DNA from: Tubiluchus corallicola
Lineage: Eukaryota > Animalia > Priapulida
DNA length: 64,000 bases
Reading direction: 5' to 3'
Assembly: GCA_030141605.1 (NCBI GenBank)
Contig: JAQGDQ010000001.1
Location: forward strand, 1,612,001-1,676,000
Positions within the stretch are counted from its first letter, which is position 1. Each line of letters begins with the position of its first letter. Positions 63,103 to 64,000 of this stretch are shown here, piece after piece. The position numbers were made by a program, and so were the translations under genes. The notes under the pieces are model-generated. The model was not told the DNA's origin. It saw only the letters and a program-made list of their open reading frames with translations, and made no database searches.

Positions 63103-64000
63103 TTTATGTATATATGGAAAATGAATAAATGGATGTTAAAGATGGGATGTGTAATGGTACAGTGATGTTTTATTTTGATGTACATTGTTTGCTTGATTTT
63201 GAGCCTTTGGTTTATCCAGACTGTTCATTACATAACTTTTCGTAATTTATTTTGTATGCACACAACACAGAAAATAGTAAGTAAACTATGAAAATCATTC
63301 AATGAGTCTGGGGGACTGATTATTGAAATTTAACAAGAGTTTTGTGAAATTTGGCTTTTATGTATGGCATACAAACTAATTTTAAATAAGATGATCGTAA
63401 GAAAAGGTGTAACATACTTAGTGCTACTGTTTATACAATAATTACTGGAACACGGTAATTTGAGGCTTCATACCGTACAAAAAGAGACTATACGATAATG
63501 TAGTAACACGTAACAAAAAACAGAAAGTGAGTGAAAAATGTGCACTGAAAACATTTACAATGTTAATGCTAACCAGTCCCCAAGAGTAAATAAATTTTGG
63601 TTTCATTGTATACGAAGCATGCTGGTTGCAATTCTTTCCAAAGAAGCAGTACTTTCAAAAAAGGATGCCCATGTAATTTCAAAAAAGAATGCTCATGACA
63701 ACGATGATAAAGCTTGATTCTGCACATGCAGAATTTAATGATACTTCACTGTTTTATGGCAAATTTAATTTTACGCTTGTTGGTGCCACTTTTTGGTGTT
63801 ATAGTTACTTAAACTATAATTTGCTGCACTGAACAATAATTTTGGGTTTTGGGGGAAAATTTGCAAAAAATACAATAATTTGGCTTAAAATGTGATATTT
63901 TTATCCTCCAATATGATAATCAGCATCATACAAAATGGCAAATTGTACAACGATCCTACCTCAACTTTATGAACAATGTAATGATTAGTAAAATAAAAAT

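Noticed and set aside
1-64000. CRISPR arrays, rRNA genes, operons or prokaryotic defence systems
   Set aside because: The sequence is intron-containing animal DNA, and I saw no repeat-spacer arrays or rRNA sequence.

Overview
AT-rich metazoan (invertebrate-like) genomic DNA with GT-AG spliced genes; there are no prokaryotic features. I reconstructed five protein-coding genes by hand with phase-consistent splice junctions. They are SUGT1 (-, 2 exons), RAPGEF1/C3G (+, 20 coding exons, two alternative first coding exons about 15 kb apart), a 5-exon 186-aa TEX26-like gene (-, 43891-46059) that the ORF track shows only as fragments, MED22/Surf5 (-), and RPL7A/Surf3 (+, head-to-head with MED22). 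An RPL7A intron holds a convincing U36/SNORD36-type box C/D snoRNA, and another intron holds a weaker candidate. Introns and intergenic DNA contain LINE remnants, a Tc1 and a MULE transposase remnant, two copies of one Tc1/mariner-type MITE, a tRNA-derived SINE, several tandem duplications and microsatellites. Comparisons to human or Drosophila sequences are from memory, not from a search.
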